Of a stretch of DNA of 47,827 nt, positions 11,524 through 24,759 are shown piece by piece (positions within the stretch are counted from its first letter, which is position 1; every line of letters starts with the position of its first letter). The notes under the pieces are model-generated. The model was given only the letters and a program-made list of their open reading frames with translations, did no database searches and was not told the origin of the DNA. A program made the translations under genes and the position numbers. The stretch is from Octopus bimaculoides (Eukaryota): assembly GCF_001194135.2 (NCBI RefSeq), contig NC_068984.1, forward strand, positions 52,265,363 to 52,313,189. Direction: 5' to 3'.

Positions 11524-11872
11524 AAATATGTTTACACATGTATTATCTCCTAATGGACTGTTATTACGAGGGAAATAATCAATTTTTCATAACATTTGGC
11601 AAGATTGGAAATTCAGAATTAAAATTAAGGAATTATAAAGAAGAAGATGCATAGAATACACATTTATTTATTTATGATGAAGTTCTTAAATTTTCTAGTC
11701 AGTAGTAATCGTGTATAGCACTGTTTTATTCTTTCTAGAAATCGTCAGCATGATATAACCTGAGGTTTATTAATTAAACATTTTATGAAGCGTGACTTTT
11801 CTTATAGACAGAAAATAATTACAGTCTGGAAGAAATTTTGGAATGTGTTTTCTTTTTTCCTTTCCTTTTCAC
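11524..11872. repeat. Diverged direct repeat, copy 1 (partner 20082-20434)
   Basis: Core 11696-11762 versus 20251-20317 matches at 59 of 67 nt by manual alignment; flanks are weaker but alignable. Confidence 0.85.
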
Positions 11873-12299
11873 ACAAATTCATTTCATAGATGTTCTTTTA
11901 AATCAAATCGTTGCTTTATTAGAAATATGATGCCAGCTGTTCAATGATCTGTTACAAAATTCAATTGCTTATTTCATATCAAAAATGTTTCATCTTTGAA
12001 ATTTTTGCTTTTTTTTACTGCTAGCTCTATTATATGTATGTTTCCTTCCTCAAATAACATTCAATTATTTGAAATGTTATTTAGATATATGTAGTTTTGG
12101 GTTTTTTTATTTTATTGTTTTATCAGTGGGGAAGAGGGGGCTATGACCCTATATTTTCTTCAGGGTCATGAAGATTGCTAAAAAGGAGGTAAGTTAACCA
12201 CAAGTCAGAGATCTGACACTGTTGCTTACAACTGCTGTAAGTCCATCACCCTAGAATTCAGAACACAAAGAGTGGACACTCTAAAAATCCAGCCCATCC

Positions 12300-12765
12300 A
12301 TTACTGGAACTTTATTTTATTGACCCTGAAAGGGTGAAAGTCAAAGTTGATCTTAACGTGATTTGAACTCAATGTGCATTAAACTGGAACATATACTGCA
12401 AGGCTTTTTATTATATGTTCTAAGAATTCTATGGTGGCAAGCTCGCAGAATCGTTATCATGTTTGACATAACACTTAATGGCATATTTTCCAGGTTTAAG
12501 TTCTTAGTTCAAATTCCACTAAGGTTGACTTTGTCTTTCATCCTTTTGGGGATCAGTAAAATAAGCACCAGTTGAGCATTGGAGTTGATGCAATTGACAA
12601 GTGCCCATCTCCCTCAAAATTTCAGGCTTTGTGCCTATAGTAGAATCTTTTCTATGTTCTAAGAATTCTGCTAGTCCACTATTCTTGGCTGGTACCTTAT
12701 TTTATCAACCCTGCTAAAAAAGATAAAAGCGAAAGTTAACCTAAGTAAAATTTGAACTCAGAGTG
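12300..12765. mobile_element. Cluster of three family B SINE copies in -,+,- orientation (12300-12372, 12432-12645, 12688-12765)
   Basis: TTTATTGACCCTGAAAGGGTGAAAGTCAAAGTTGA and TTTATCAACCC...GAAAGTTAACC...TTTGAACTCAG are reverse copies flanking a forward copy. Confidence 0.75.
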
Positions 12766-12844
12766 AGGTAAACGATAACACTTTAATGATTCTGCCAATT
12801 CACCCCATGAGAAAAAGAAGAGATCTCTGATATTTGGGAGTTCA

Positions 12845-13310
12845 AGTTCTTTTCAAGAGTTTGGGTTATGGTCATGTTGGGACACCGCTTCAAAGGATTT
12901 TAATTGATCCTATCAGATCTTTTTTTTATTTTAATCTTATACCTATCTTTGTATCTATTTATCAAACTGTTAAGTTATGAAACATAAACAAAAAGCACCA
13001 GTTTGCAATCAATGTCAGTATAAAGACAGATACACAAATACAAACACACACACATATATGAATGTATACATACATACATACATACATACATACATACATG
13101 CTTGCATACATACATACATACATATATGTGTATGTGTGTGAGGTTAAAACCTTTACTTGCAATCACATGGTCTCAAGTTCAGTCTCATTGCATATCATCC
13201 TGGGCAAATGTCTTCTTCTAAAGCCTCTACTAGTAATGTTTTCTACTGTAGAGCTGACCAATGCCTGAGGGAAATTGGTAGATTAAAATTGTGCAGAAAC
13301 CTATTGTATG
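12845..13310. mobile_element. Degenerate family A tail (minus, about 12845-13050), (TACA)n, then family A head (plus, about 13135-13310)
   Basis: CAAACTGTTAAGTTATG...ACAGATACACAAA tail; CACATGGTCTCAAGTTCAGTC...TGGGCAAATGTCTTCT head. Confidence 0.6.
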
Positions 13311-15114
13311 CTATTAATGTTATCATTCACTCACTCTGAGGTAAATCTTTAGTAGTCCTACAAATATATTAGAGAAACCAGTAGCACATATGTTTGTATA
13401 ACAGTAAAAATGTTGTAAGTTCATGTGCAAGAATAAAACATATGTTACAAGAGCAATGTATTTCCATGTTGACTAAACTTAGAATACTTGCTAATCCAAC
13501 TGATAAAATCAGTATTGGTTTGGCTTGGTTCTTAAATAGTTCACTGGAGTTTCAGCTTGATATCACATATTCTAAAATTATACTCTATTTAGTCTTCTAT
13601 AGTAAAATATCTTTTATATATTATCAGTGAGTGCAAAGAAACTTATGTTATGCTTCATGCTTTTATATCAAATCAAATCTTGATTTATCTTTATTATCAG
13701 AAACACTATCATGAACACTTCTCATTTATCATTTTCAATCTCTGCTTCCCATATCTGGTAGCCTTTATCATAAAATACATCTATTTTCCTCCCAAACACT
13801 CCATATTCTTTTTGCTATTCATTTTTTCTGCCTCTCAAATTTTTATGTTTTCAATTACTCCAATTTCTCACAGCTTTATATTTTAGCATTCTACTAGGAA
13901 ATTTTTTCCTCTATAGAGGAACCTTTCCCAAAGGCTTGCAATCAGGAATCTTGCAGCAATGCTCAATTACTACATTTCAATTCAATTTCCTGCTAGCCTA
14001 GGCATCTGCCAGGCTGTGAAAAACAACTCCTTCACTCAGATATTCAGTATCCAATAGCTGTCTCTAATCTACAACTAGCTAGCTGTCAGTATCATGTGAC
14101 AGCTGAGGTGGACACATTTTTAATGGGATGAAATTAGACTTTTACAAATCATCTGATTAAAACTATACAATAAAAACGGAAGAAAATATTTAAAAAGATT
14201 AGGAAAATATTCATCATCAATTGCTATATTTTTTTTTCTATTTTGTGTATGTGAGAAACATGATAATACTACAACAAACAAAAAATAGAAAAATACATCA
14301 TTTGAAATATGGATTCAAGAAATGATTTATTTGCTTGTTAAATTTTCATTATTTTTTTTACATGCAGCCAAGACCAAAGGGGAAAATATAAATTCCTGGT
14401 ACACAGAATTCAGTCTGTAAGGTAGTTTTTATTCTCATTTGAGGCCAATCCATTACATTTCTACCACTAATGTCTTTGGGAAAAACAAGAGCTTTCTTTT
14501 TCCTTATTCCAAATTATATATGGGGTCTATGCATATAGTTAAAAAAAAAAAAAAAGAAAATTAAATAAAAAGCACTTAATATTTTTCAAAATATTTTGGT
14601 ATTATTGAATATAAATAAAACTTCTTGAAATCCAATAATGTTATTTTTGGAAATCATTAATGATAAATTTTACTTGTTTCATTGTTTTAGGTTCCTTTAA
14701 AAATAAATGGAATTGAAAGCAAACATAAAGCTGCTCATATTACACCAGATGCTGTGATCTGTTGTCTATGCGAGTACATGAAAATAGAATGACCAAGATT
14801 TTAAAGAGATGGAATAGACAGTTAAAAGTTCTGGGTATTAGTTTATAGACATTAGTGATATAAATAAACTGGATCTACTTGGAGTAAAACCTGTCTTCTA
14901 GATGCAATTTGCTGGCAAAATCATTAAAATGTCAAGTGAATTGTCATGTAGCATGTATTCTGGGACTCTGAGCTGGGTTCAAATCCTGCTACGGTCTAGT
15001 TTAACGGGCACCTTTTCTGGGTCAATATTTGTATTACTTATCATGGATGGTAATACAATTATTGATCCAGAAAGGATGCAAGTTAAACTAGACCTTACTT
15101 ATTTTGGATGGCAG

Positions 15115-15400
15115 TGAAGGTGCATTGCTCAGTGGTTAGAGTGTCAGCCTTACAATCATGAAGTAGTGATTTTGATTCCTGGATCGTGCTGTGTGTTATG
15201 TTCTTGAGCAAGACACTTTATTTCACATTGCTCCAGTCCACTCAACTGTAGAAATGATTTGCAACATCACTGGTGCCAAGCCTTTGCCTTTCCCTTGGAT
15301 AACGTCAGTAGTGTGGAGAGGGGAGGCTGGTATGCATGAGTGACTGCTGGTCTTTCATGAACAACCTTGCCCAGACCTGTACCTCAGAGAGGAACATCTG
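15115..15400 (+). mobile_element. SINE family C head and core with a different 3' tail
   Basis: TGCTCAGTGGTTAGAG A-box-like head and TTCTTGAGCAAGACACTTTATTTCACATTGCTCCAGTCCACTCAACTG core. Confidence 0.75.
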
Positions 15401-15636
15401 GCTGTTTTTCTCTCTACAAAATGGAAAGTTACATTGCAAAGCAGTCATTTTAACAAGTTGTATTTATTTATCATCTGACGAGATTCATCTGCACCACTGG
15501 ATGCTCCTGAACCAGTTGTTGAGTGTCCCACCCAAGATGAATCGATGCTAGATGTGTCAAAACAATTGTTGTGTTTAATGATAAATTCTCATATGTTCCA
15601 TCTTCTTTCTTTCATTTGTTATATATATATGTGTAT

Positions 15637-15668
<32 letters not shown>

Positions 15669-16384
15669 AGAGAGAGTGAGAGAGGGTATACTCATCATAA
15701 TAAAAAGAAATAAGTAGGTTATAACTACATGTACATGTAAACAAATATAAATACTTTTATATATACAACTTGATACACACATATTTACACTATTATATAT
15801 ATGCACGCACATTCAATAACTCTATTTTATACATTTACATAAGATATATATCTAAAAGTCAGTGAACCACAAGTCTTCTCAGTCAGGACCAACAACAACA
15901 ACAAAATACATACAAACTCCTCCTCAATCTGTAATGACAGTATTGAGTGAAGGTAATAATTATCCTATAACATGAATTGTTGTAGTGATTTTACCATCTC
16001 TAGCTTTCTATAGTTTCTGTTTCTCTAGTTTACTCCAGTCAAATCCACATGTACTGAAACGTCTATCTTTTACTTCTTTAGCCAAAATTTTTAGACTTTA
16101 TGTTATTGGCAAAATTCATTTCTTTTATTAATTTGTATCAAAAGATGAAGCCAATTTAATCAAGTCAACTTGACTCTTTTCATTGGTTAAATAAAACTGG
16201 CCAATCAGCACAACTCAGTAAATTTTCAATGATCTACTTTCTGGAGTCCACTGCTAAGATGTTTGCTCATTTCTTGGAATTAATCAGAAGTACTGGTACA
16301 CATTCTCTTTCATTCTGTCAATGTCTTTTTGGTTGGTCAGCTTGGAGTCCATTAGCACACATGTGCATGCACACACACACACTC

Positions 16385-16422
<38 letters not shown>

Positions 16423-17116
16423 TCAAACATACATGCACTTTCTCTACCTCTCTCACTCTCTATCTATCTCTACCTCACCAACTCAATCTCTCTCTGTAGG
16501 ACTACAACACAAAGGAAAACAACTACACAGAAACATTCACATATAATCAGATAGATACAGGAACTTATTTTTCTTTCTTTGCATTTCTTACAACTCATTT
16601 TAACAATTCTCTTTCACATCAAGGAAAATCACAGAAATATATTTACTTTCTGAACCTTTAATGTTGGTCTCTATAACTTTATGGAAAGAACTGTACAACC
16701 TTTAATCTCTTTATATTCTTATGTAGTCTATTGAGCCATCATGCTTGATGCTATTCTCTTTTCAACATACAATAAATACACCATGCTGAATTTGAATGAC
16801 AACAACTTCTCTCCTTTATGACTTTCTTTTATTATTATCATCATCATCATCATTATATTTTATATCAAATTATTTTATAACAATTTCTTTGATATACTTA
16901 GGAACTCCATTCAAACATCTTAGTATTATCTATTTACTGAATTAAGCCTGGAACATTTTATGTTAAATAATATTTATAGTTTTTACCTGGGTAAGGACTA
17001 GCTACCTTGCCTACCAAGAATGAAAAGGCAAGGAGAGGCAACAGCATAACTTATGGGTCAAAAGTTAGAATATATATAAGAAAACATGTATGTATGCACA
17101 TGCATACACACACCAG

Positions 17117-17385
17117 GTTCAGGCCAACCAAATCCTTGTGAGTGGATTGGGTTGATGGAAACTGAAAGAAGCTTGTTGTGTGTCCCTATGTTTGTTCCCT
17201 CTCCCACAGTTTGACAACCAGTGTTTGTCTGTTTATGTCCATGTAACTTAGCAGTTCTGCAAAAGAGGCTGATAGAACAAGTACTAGACCTAAAAAAATT
17301 TAAGTACTGGGGTCGATTCATTTGTTTAAAAATTCAAGGCAGTGCCTCAGCATGGCATGGTCTAGCGATTGAAACAAGTAAAAGA
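17117..17385 (+). mobile_element. SINE family A, 5'-truncated
   Basis: CCTTGTGAGTGGATT...GGAAACTGAAAGAAGC through GAAACAAGTAAAAGA. Confidence 0.85.
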
Positions 17386-19632
17386 TCAAAGACATACAAA
17401 AGTTTGTATAATTATTTGTATATATATATGGGAAACAAGCCATTTTTAGGCATGCATCTAATACATGACTTTTGTAGCTTTAATGATTTATTGAGTTTTT
17501 GTTTTTATTATTATTTATTCATTTTCATATGTCTTTATGAGTTCCTTGCATTTTACTTGGAATTGTAAAGTTCTTAAAGCAACTGATTAGTGTTTGTAAC
17601 ATTCATAGTTTCATCATGTGAATTAAAGTAATGTTGATATGTATTCTCGCCTCTTTATAGCAGATCCAATGCAGTTGGTGTTGATGTCTTCACCAGAATT
17701 TGAATTTTCAGTTAGATTTATACATCATCAGTCAGACATTTTACTGACACATTGTCTGTGTCTAGTGCCTCCTCTAAAAATTGCTGGCCTTGAGCCAAAT
17801 TAGAAAGGAGACTATTACTTCCATCATTACCCATTTCATAGGAAATTCTGTAGAGTATAAAAGTATAAAAGTGTTATCAACTAATCTTTTCCTCTTTAGT
17901 CTTGTTTTGTGTTAAGTGGTGTAGTTAAGTTACAGTTACTCTCTGCTATACGTGTATGATGAAGAGAATGTTGTACTTGTGTAATCAATATAACATTTGC
18001 AATCAAATTTATAAATCACATTGGTTTTCTTGGGTTTACATGTTTGTGGTTTATTATTGATAAGAGTTTTAACTTTAATAGTGTTGTATAGTCTCAGATT
18101 GCCCCATGACGAGGCAGATTTGAGATATAACTATAAGATATTCAATCACTAACAGACACACTTCAGCTTCTGGGCCATAAGTATACTGTTCCTCTCTCTG
18201 TATTTTCTATTGCCACAATAATGGCCTCTGTTCCTGAGAAATGGCTGGTCTCTCTCACCTCCCCCATTCAGGCACCCCCATTCCACTTGTCTCTCTACCT
18301 GTCATCATCCTTATTGCATCTAACCCCCACTTTTGATACCACATTAACTACTATGCTCAATTCTTCCTCCCTAAGCATTGACCCTCTGGAATCTTCTCCC
18401 TACTCATGTCTTTCCTGTAGATGTTGACCTGCAACAGTTTAAACAAAGTATCAACAATGTCAGGCTCACTAGTCTTGCAGTGCTTCTAAAGGTCAGGGGC
18501 ACTACCCCTCCTCCAAACATGGCAAGTGAAAACATATAATATTAGTGCTAATTTATGTTTTGGTGTAATGCATTTTAGTGTTCTGTTTTGCATGGTTTTT
18601 AATAATTTATTCATCTATTCAATAGTTAATATGCAATAGATAATAATCATTATGTGTGGCTGGTGTATTTTTGATAGGTATACTGTCTGAGATATTTGTT
18701 AAATTATATTTATTCTTGTATTGTTCAAGGCTCCATTTTCATTATTTAGTATGTTAAAATATTCATTGTTGATTACTGTTTGTTTTATTCTGAGGATCTT
18801 TTTATCACACATCAAAATTTTATCCTCAAAAAGATAACATTTTGATGATGGATTTAGAAACTTTACTGTTCCAAACAAATTATACAAAACTCATGCAAAA
18901 ATATTAGAAAAAAACACATAGATAAAAAGAAGATAAAATTAGAACAATGTTGTATATTCAATACAATATGTATATATGTAAATGTATATATATTTGTAGC
19001 TGTTTAGATTTGCATGTATGTACACAAGTATGTGCATGCATACATATAACTCTATAGCAATAGTATATTGATTTGAAAGCTGGACGCTAACAAAAGCAAT
19101 AGAAAATAGATTAAATAGAACATACACCAAAATGTTAACGAGGGTGAAGAATATCTCTTGGGAGCAACAGTTACCAAATTGCTTATTATATGAAAATAAA
19201 CCCACTTTAACAGAAACCTTCAAACAGACTTAAATTTATAGGACTCTGTTAGTGAATCAAATATGAAGTTATATACTAAATATTACTTTGGAAACCAGTA
19301 TATAGAATAAGAAGTAGTATACATTTTCGAACTTATACACAAGACACAAAGGTTGAAAGAAACTGTATTGCAGAGATATTGAAGGTTAAGGAAGTGCAGA
19401 AGGAAATGGTCAATGAGACACAAATGTGCTCAATACAACACAACATGACGTGTGTATGTGTGCGTGTTTAAGGCTATTGTGTTAGTGTTACATGAGTATA
19501 AAAGTGAATATTTCGTTCTCTTTGTTTCACATAATTATCCAAGTGTGCACTGTTGATCTACAAAAGATGTAAAGCAGTGTTTGTAATGTTCTGCTTCATA
19601 TCATTGCAAGATCAGCGGTATATCTTTTATCG

Positions 19633-20033
19633 TTTACTTGTTTCAGTCATTTGACTGCAGCCGTGCTGGGGCACCTCCTAGAAGGGGTTGTCAGTTGAAC
19701 ATATCAACCCCAGAACTTACTTTTTTAAACCTAGTACTTATTCTATCAGTCTCTTTTGCCAAACTGCTAAGTTACAAGGACATAAATACAGCAACACTGG
19801 TTGTCAAGTAATAACGAGGGGACAAACACAGACACATGAACACAGAGACTCAAAGACACACACACACATAGACTGGTTTTCTTTCAGTTTCCATCTACCA
19901 AATCCACTTACAAAGTTTTGGTCAGCCCAAGCCTATGGTGAAAGACACTTGCCCAAGGTGCAGTGCAATGGGACTGAACCCAGAACCATGTGGTCGAGAA
20001 GCAAGCTTTTTACCTTAATGCCATGCCAGCACC
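19633..20033 (-). mobile_element. SINE family A, full length
   Basis: Tail, (CA)n and head colinear with 35923-36371 and 45993-46350. Confidence 0.9.
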
Positions 20034-20081
20034 TTATCCACATGAAGCCAAGGAAATTTTGTTATATAGCTATCTACACAC

Positions 20082-20434
20082 AAATACATTGTTTCACAAT
20101 ATGGTGTCCTCTGGTAGAGAGTTAATACAAAGGAGATAATCATTCCGTCGTAGTATTTCACAGGATTAGAAGTTTGAATTTGTAATTAAGAAATATACAT
20201 ATATATTTAAGCAATATTTTTCCTCACATATTGTGGTTATTTAAAATTTGTAGTCAGTGGTAATCATGTATAGCACTATTTCATTCTTTTTAGAAATCTT
20301 CAGCATGACATAATCTGTGTTACATTAATTGAACATTTAAGAAGCTAGACATTTCCTAATAATGGAAAATAATTAGTCTGGACGAAATTCATAGTATGTG
20401 TATTTTCTTTTCTTTTATTTGTTTTCTTTTTCAC
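20082..20434. repeat. Diverged direct repeat, copy 2 (partner 11524-11872)
   Basis: See copy 1. Confidence 0.85.
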
Positions 20435-20876
20435 TATAGAGTCTGAGTTGTTTATCAATCATGAGAGATGACAGAAAGTTCTTAGTCTCTATATACAGGG
20501 TAAGTGTTTCCAGGGTATTCTACCTTAGGAAGTTGTTTTATAGTAGCTAATATTTCAATTTTAACTACAAACAATATTCCGTAGCCACTTTTGATAGATC
20601 TTTTGAGAAGTAAATACTTCATTACAAATGTATATTATGCATTTTAACAATTATAATCTATCACACACATAGACCTTTTTCTTTTTTTGCAGACAACATG
20701 TGGACTAAATTGTATCATTTATTTTTAAAGATAAGAAGATGAATTTCTGGATGAATTGGCACCTACTTTTAGCAATCTAGCAAAATGGCTTCCTCACTAT
20801 TAGTTGTTGGTCATTCTGGTCAAAGTATTTTACAGATTATATGTGGATTTTGCATTTGCAAAACCTCTGCTATTTT

Positions 20877-20908
<32 letters not shown>

Positions 20909-21509
20909 CAATATTAATATAGCCTTAATAGTTTTTCTCTGTTGTATGCTTGTGATTTTGCCAATAATTTTCATATTATTTTCCACCTTAGAATTACTTT
21001 ACTGTACATATACACAACATGTATGCACATACACACACACATATATGCCCACACACAAACATACACACATATCATCATCATTGTATTACATCCATTTTTC
21101 CATCCTGGTATCGGTTGGACAAGTGTCTCATCACCTGCTGTGGTCATTCATCCTTTAATGTGTACAACAGAATGCAGAAATTGCTAAATCTTTATTCTTG
21201 TATATACATGTTTTATCACCAGATGGCCTTCCTATCGCCAACCATTTTACAGTATGGCCTTTACATACATACATATATAAATACACACACAAACACACAC
21301 CCAGCACAACACAACAGAAATAGCATTCAATATTTACTGCCTATTAAATGTTCAGGTGAGAAATCTTATTGTGTTACAATACAATTATAGATGTACATCT
21401 ATATGAATATTTGTATGTTTGTAATGATTTAACTGGATACAGATTATGAAACAGTTGTTAACAAATGTAGTAAATATTGCATCCCTCAATCCTGAAATTG
21501 GTTCATTAT

Positions 21510-21568
<59 letters not shown>

Positions 21569-21714
21569 TAGATATAGATAGATAGGTAGATAGATAGATA
21601 GATAGACAGACAGATAATCTATTCAAAAAACAGAGAAGAAAGAAAAACCAAACCAACGTGAGGACGTCACACAAGCAATGTATTAATATGATGCTCGGAG
21701 AAAGAAGAGAGTTG

Positions 21715-21753
21715 TTGTTTTACATTTCAAGCATAGCTCTTCATCAGAAACAA
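21715..21753 (-). ncRNA. Minimal type I hammerhead-like fold (best preserved copy)
   Basis: Reverse complement: TTGTTT CTGATGA A GAGC TAT GCTT GAAA TG TA AAACAA. Six-bp stem I, intact CUGAUGA and GAAA, UA cleavage site. Confidence 0.75.
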
Positions 21754-21889
21754 GAAAACAGGAAAGTCCAAAGGGAAAGAAGGCAGAAGGAGGAAAAATC
21801 ACCAACATTCCATGTGTGGTTACATTTCTGAAGTGACCGGAAGTAGGAAGAGATAGCGCTTTCTGGTACAGGGGAGTGTGAAGATGGTC

Positions 21890-22424
21890 AGTATGTGTGT
21901 GTGTGTACATGTGGTAGCATGTGTGTGTGTGCATGGTAGTGTGTATATGTGTGTGTGGCAATAACTACTTGTATGTGGTAGTGTGTGTGCATGTGGTGGT
22001 AACTGTGTGTGTGTGTATAGTATTAACTTTGTATTTGTGTGAGTAGTATGTGTGGTAGGATCTGTGTACTTGTGTTAATGTCGCTCTGAGAGGTCAGCAG
22101 CTATAGTGACAGGTGTGCGCATGGGTGGGTGCAGCTGTGTTTTTGTATGTGTGTATAAATGAAATGGTCAATAATGAGTCAGAGGCAGTCTGAAATGTGT
22201 GTGAATGGGTGGGAGTGGCTGGGGGGGGGGGCATGTGTGCATAGACAGTGGAAATGTGTATGTATGTGCACATGTGTATCGGTGCGTGTGTGTGCACATG
22301 TGTATTAGTTTGTGTGTGTGTGTGTGTGTATGTGTTTCACTATGTCTATGTGCATATTTGTGGGGATGTGTGTATGTCTATGTACACACACTCACATGTA
22401 CATGTGAGTGTGTGTGGAAGAGTA

Positions 22425-22455
<31 letters not shown>
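21890..22455. repeat. Degenerate (GT)n/(TA)n low-complexity tract
   Basis: Direct inspection. Confidence 0.9.
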
Positions 22456-22564
22456 NNNNNNNNNNNNNNNNNNNNNNNNNNNNNNNNNNNNNNNNNNNNN
22501 NNNNNNNNNNNNNNNNNNNNNNNNNNNNNNNNNNNNNNNNNNNNNNNNNNNNNNNNNNNNNNNN
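22456..22564. other. Assembly gap (N)
   Basis: N run after (TA)n. Confidence 1.
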
Positions 22565-23251
22565 NTAAATGTAGAACAATGAAAATGAGTGCTCAACACG
22601 GCATTGGTGGATAAAATTTCTTTATTTGCATATTAAGTCTACCATTGGTTTCATATTAAGAAGATATCTTAATTTTTCTAGCCAACCAGATGAAGGAATG
22701 GTGTTTTCCTCCATTTTGGATGAAAACATGAAAGTTCTCCCATATATGTAAAGGGTTGATGCAGAGAAACGGAAGAGAAATGTATTAGGAAAGATGCAAA
22801 CAACAAGAAACAAATGGACACAAACAATGTGCAATCCTCTTATCAGCTATGAAGAAAGAATCACCTAGAACTTTCATAGGTTAATGACAATGACAACCCA
22901 AATCCTGGTCAGTTAGATATAATTTTTCCTTCTACAATAAAATCTCTTTTGATTCCAACATGCACTAAAATCAATTCGCTAAAACTTTTCTCATATGAAG
23001 ACCTCTAAGTAACATGTGATCATTTCTCTCTTCCTTTAGTATGTGTGTTATGTATGTAAAACTCACCTTGTTAAAACATACACTAATATATTTTCAGTAT
23101 AATTATTATATGAAAATATTGATGTGAAAACATATTTTGGCATTTTTACTGCCATACATATAAATACATGGAAAAACTATTTACCCTTTATTCTAAAAAA
23201 TAAAACTTGTTTTATTTAAACATAAAGCATGCATATATATATGTACATATA

Positions 23252-23306
<55 letters not shown>

Positions 23307-24193
23307 NNNNNNNNNNNNNNNNNNNNNNNNNNNNNNNNNNNNNNNNNNNNNNNNNNNNNNNNNNNNNNNNNNNNNNNNNNNNNNNNNNNNNNNNNNNNNN
23401 NNNNNNNNNNNNNNNNNNNNNNNNNNNNNNNNNNNNNNNNNNNNNNNNNNNNNNNNNNNNNNNNNNNNNNNNNNNNNNNNNNNNNNNNNNNNNNNNNNNN
23501 NNNNNNNNNNNNNNNNNNNNNNNNNNNNNNNNNNNNNNNNNNNNNNNNNNNNNNNNNNNNNNNNNNNNNNNNNNNNNNNNNNNNNNNNNNNNNNNNNNNN
23601 NNNNNNNNNNNNNNNNNNNNNNNNNNNNNNNNNNNNNNNNNNNNNNNNNNNNNNNNNNNNNNNNNNNNNNNNNNNNNNNNNNNNNNNNNNNNNNNNNNNN
23701 NNNNNNNNNNNNNNNNNNNNNNNNNNNNNNNNNNNNNNNNNNNNNNNNNNNNNNNNNNNNNNNNNNNNNNNNNNNNNNNNNNNNNNNNNNNNNNNNNNNN
23801 NNNNNNNNNNNNNNNNNNNNNNNNNNNNNNNNNNNNNNNNNNNNNNNNNNNNNNNNNNNNNNNNNNNNNNNNNNNNNNNNNNNNNNNNNNNNNNNNNNNN
23901 NNNNNNNNNNNNNNNNNNNNNNNNNNNNNNNNNNNNNNNNNNNNNNNNNNNNNNNNNNNNNNNNNNNNNNNNNNNNNNNNNNNNNNNNNNNNNNNNNNNN
24001 NNNNNNNNNNNNNNNNNNNNNNNNNNNNNNNNNNNNNNNNNNNNNNNNNNNNNNNNNNNNNNNNNNNNNNNNNNNNNNNNNNNNNNNNNNNNNNNNNNNN
24101 NNNNNNNNNNNNNNNNNNNNNNNNNNNNNNNNNNNNNNNNNNNNNNNNNNNNNNNNNNNNNNNNNNNNNNNNNNNNNNNNNNNNNNNNNNNNN
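23307..24193. other. Assembly gap (N)
   Basis: N run between (TG)n and (TA)n. Confidence 1.
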
Positions 24194-24253
<60 letters not shown>

Positions 24254-24622
24254 CATGTATGTATGTTTAAGACATTTTCAACTCTATCATTATTTAATAG
24301 ATAGATAGATAGATAGATAGACAGACAGGTAGACAAATAGATTGATATGCTCACACACATACACTTAAACATATACAAACATATACACACACGTGTGCAC
24401 ATGCATGCACATATGTATTATATATGTGTGTATGAATTTGATGATCAGTGAAAAACTGCACAATGTTTGAATAATATGAACAAGTCAGACAAGATCATAA
24501 GGTGAAAACATTCTGCAGTTTGTAACTAATCATTAAACGTATTAATATATATTTATTCTCACTGGGGTTTTTTTCCATTTCAATGCCTTTATTACAAATA
24601 TTAAATCTAGACATTCATATAC

Positions 24623-24745
24623 ATCATCATTTTAACATCTTCTTTTCCATGTTCATATAATTTACATGGAACTTGTTGAGGCAGATGTTCTACAGCCAGA
24701 TGCTCTTCCTGTTGCCAACCCTTACCTGTTTCCAAGCAAGATAAT
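24623..24745 (-). mobile_element. RTE-type 3' tail fragment
   Basis: CATCATCATTTTAACATC...TTCTACAGCCAGATGCTCTTCCTGTTGCCAACC is the reverse of the tail at 26520-26670. Confidence 0.7.
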
Positions 24746-24759
24746 ATATATGTTATCTG

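Noticed and set aside
13650-13900. Possible minus-strand RT remnant (YDKGYQIWEAEIENDK)
   Set aside because: Only a loose resemblance to a Gypsy RT motif, with no second motif in register.
23207-24402. Long ORFs of 337-396 aa, and similar ones near 3132, 9408 and 22205
   Set aside because: They consist of N runs and dinucleotide repeats (CVCV, YIYI, HTHT).
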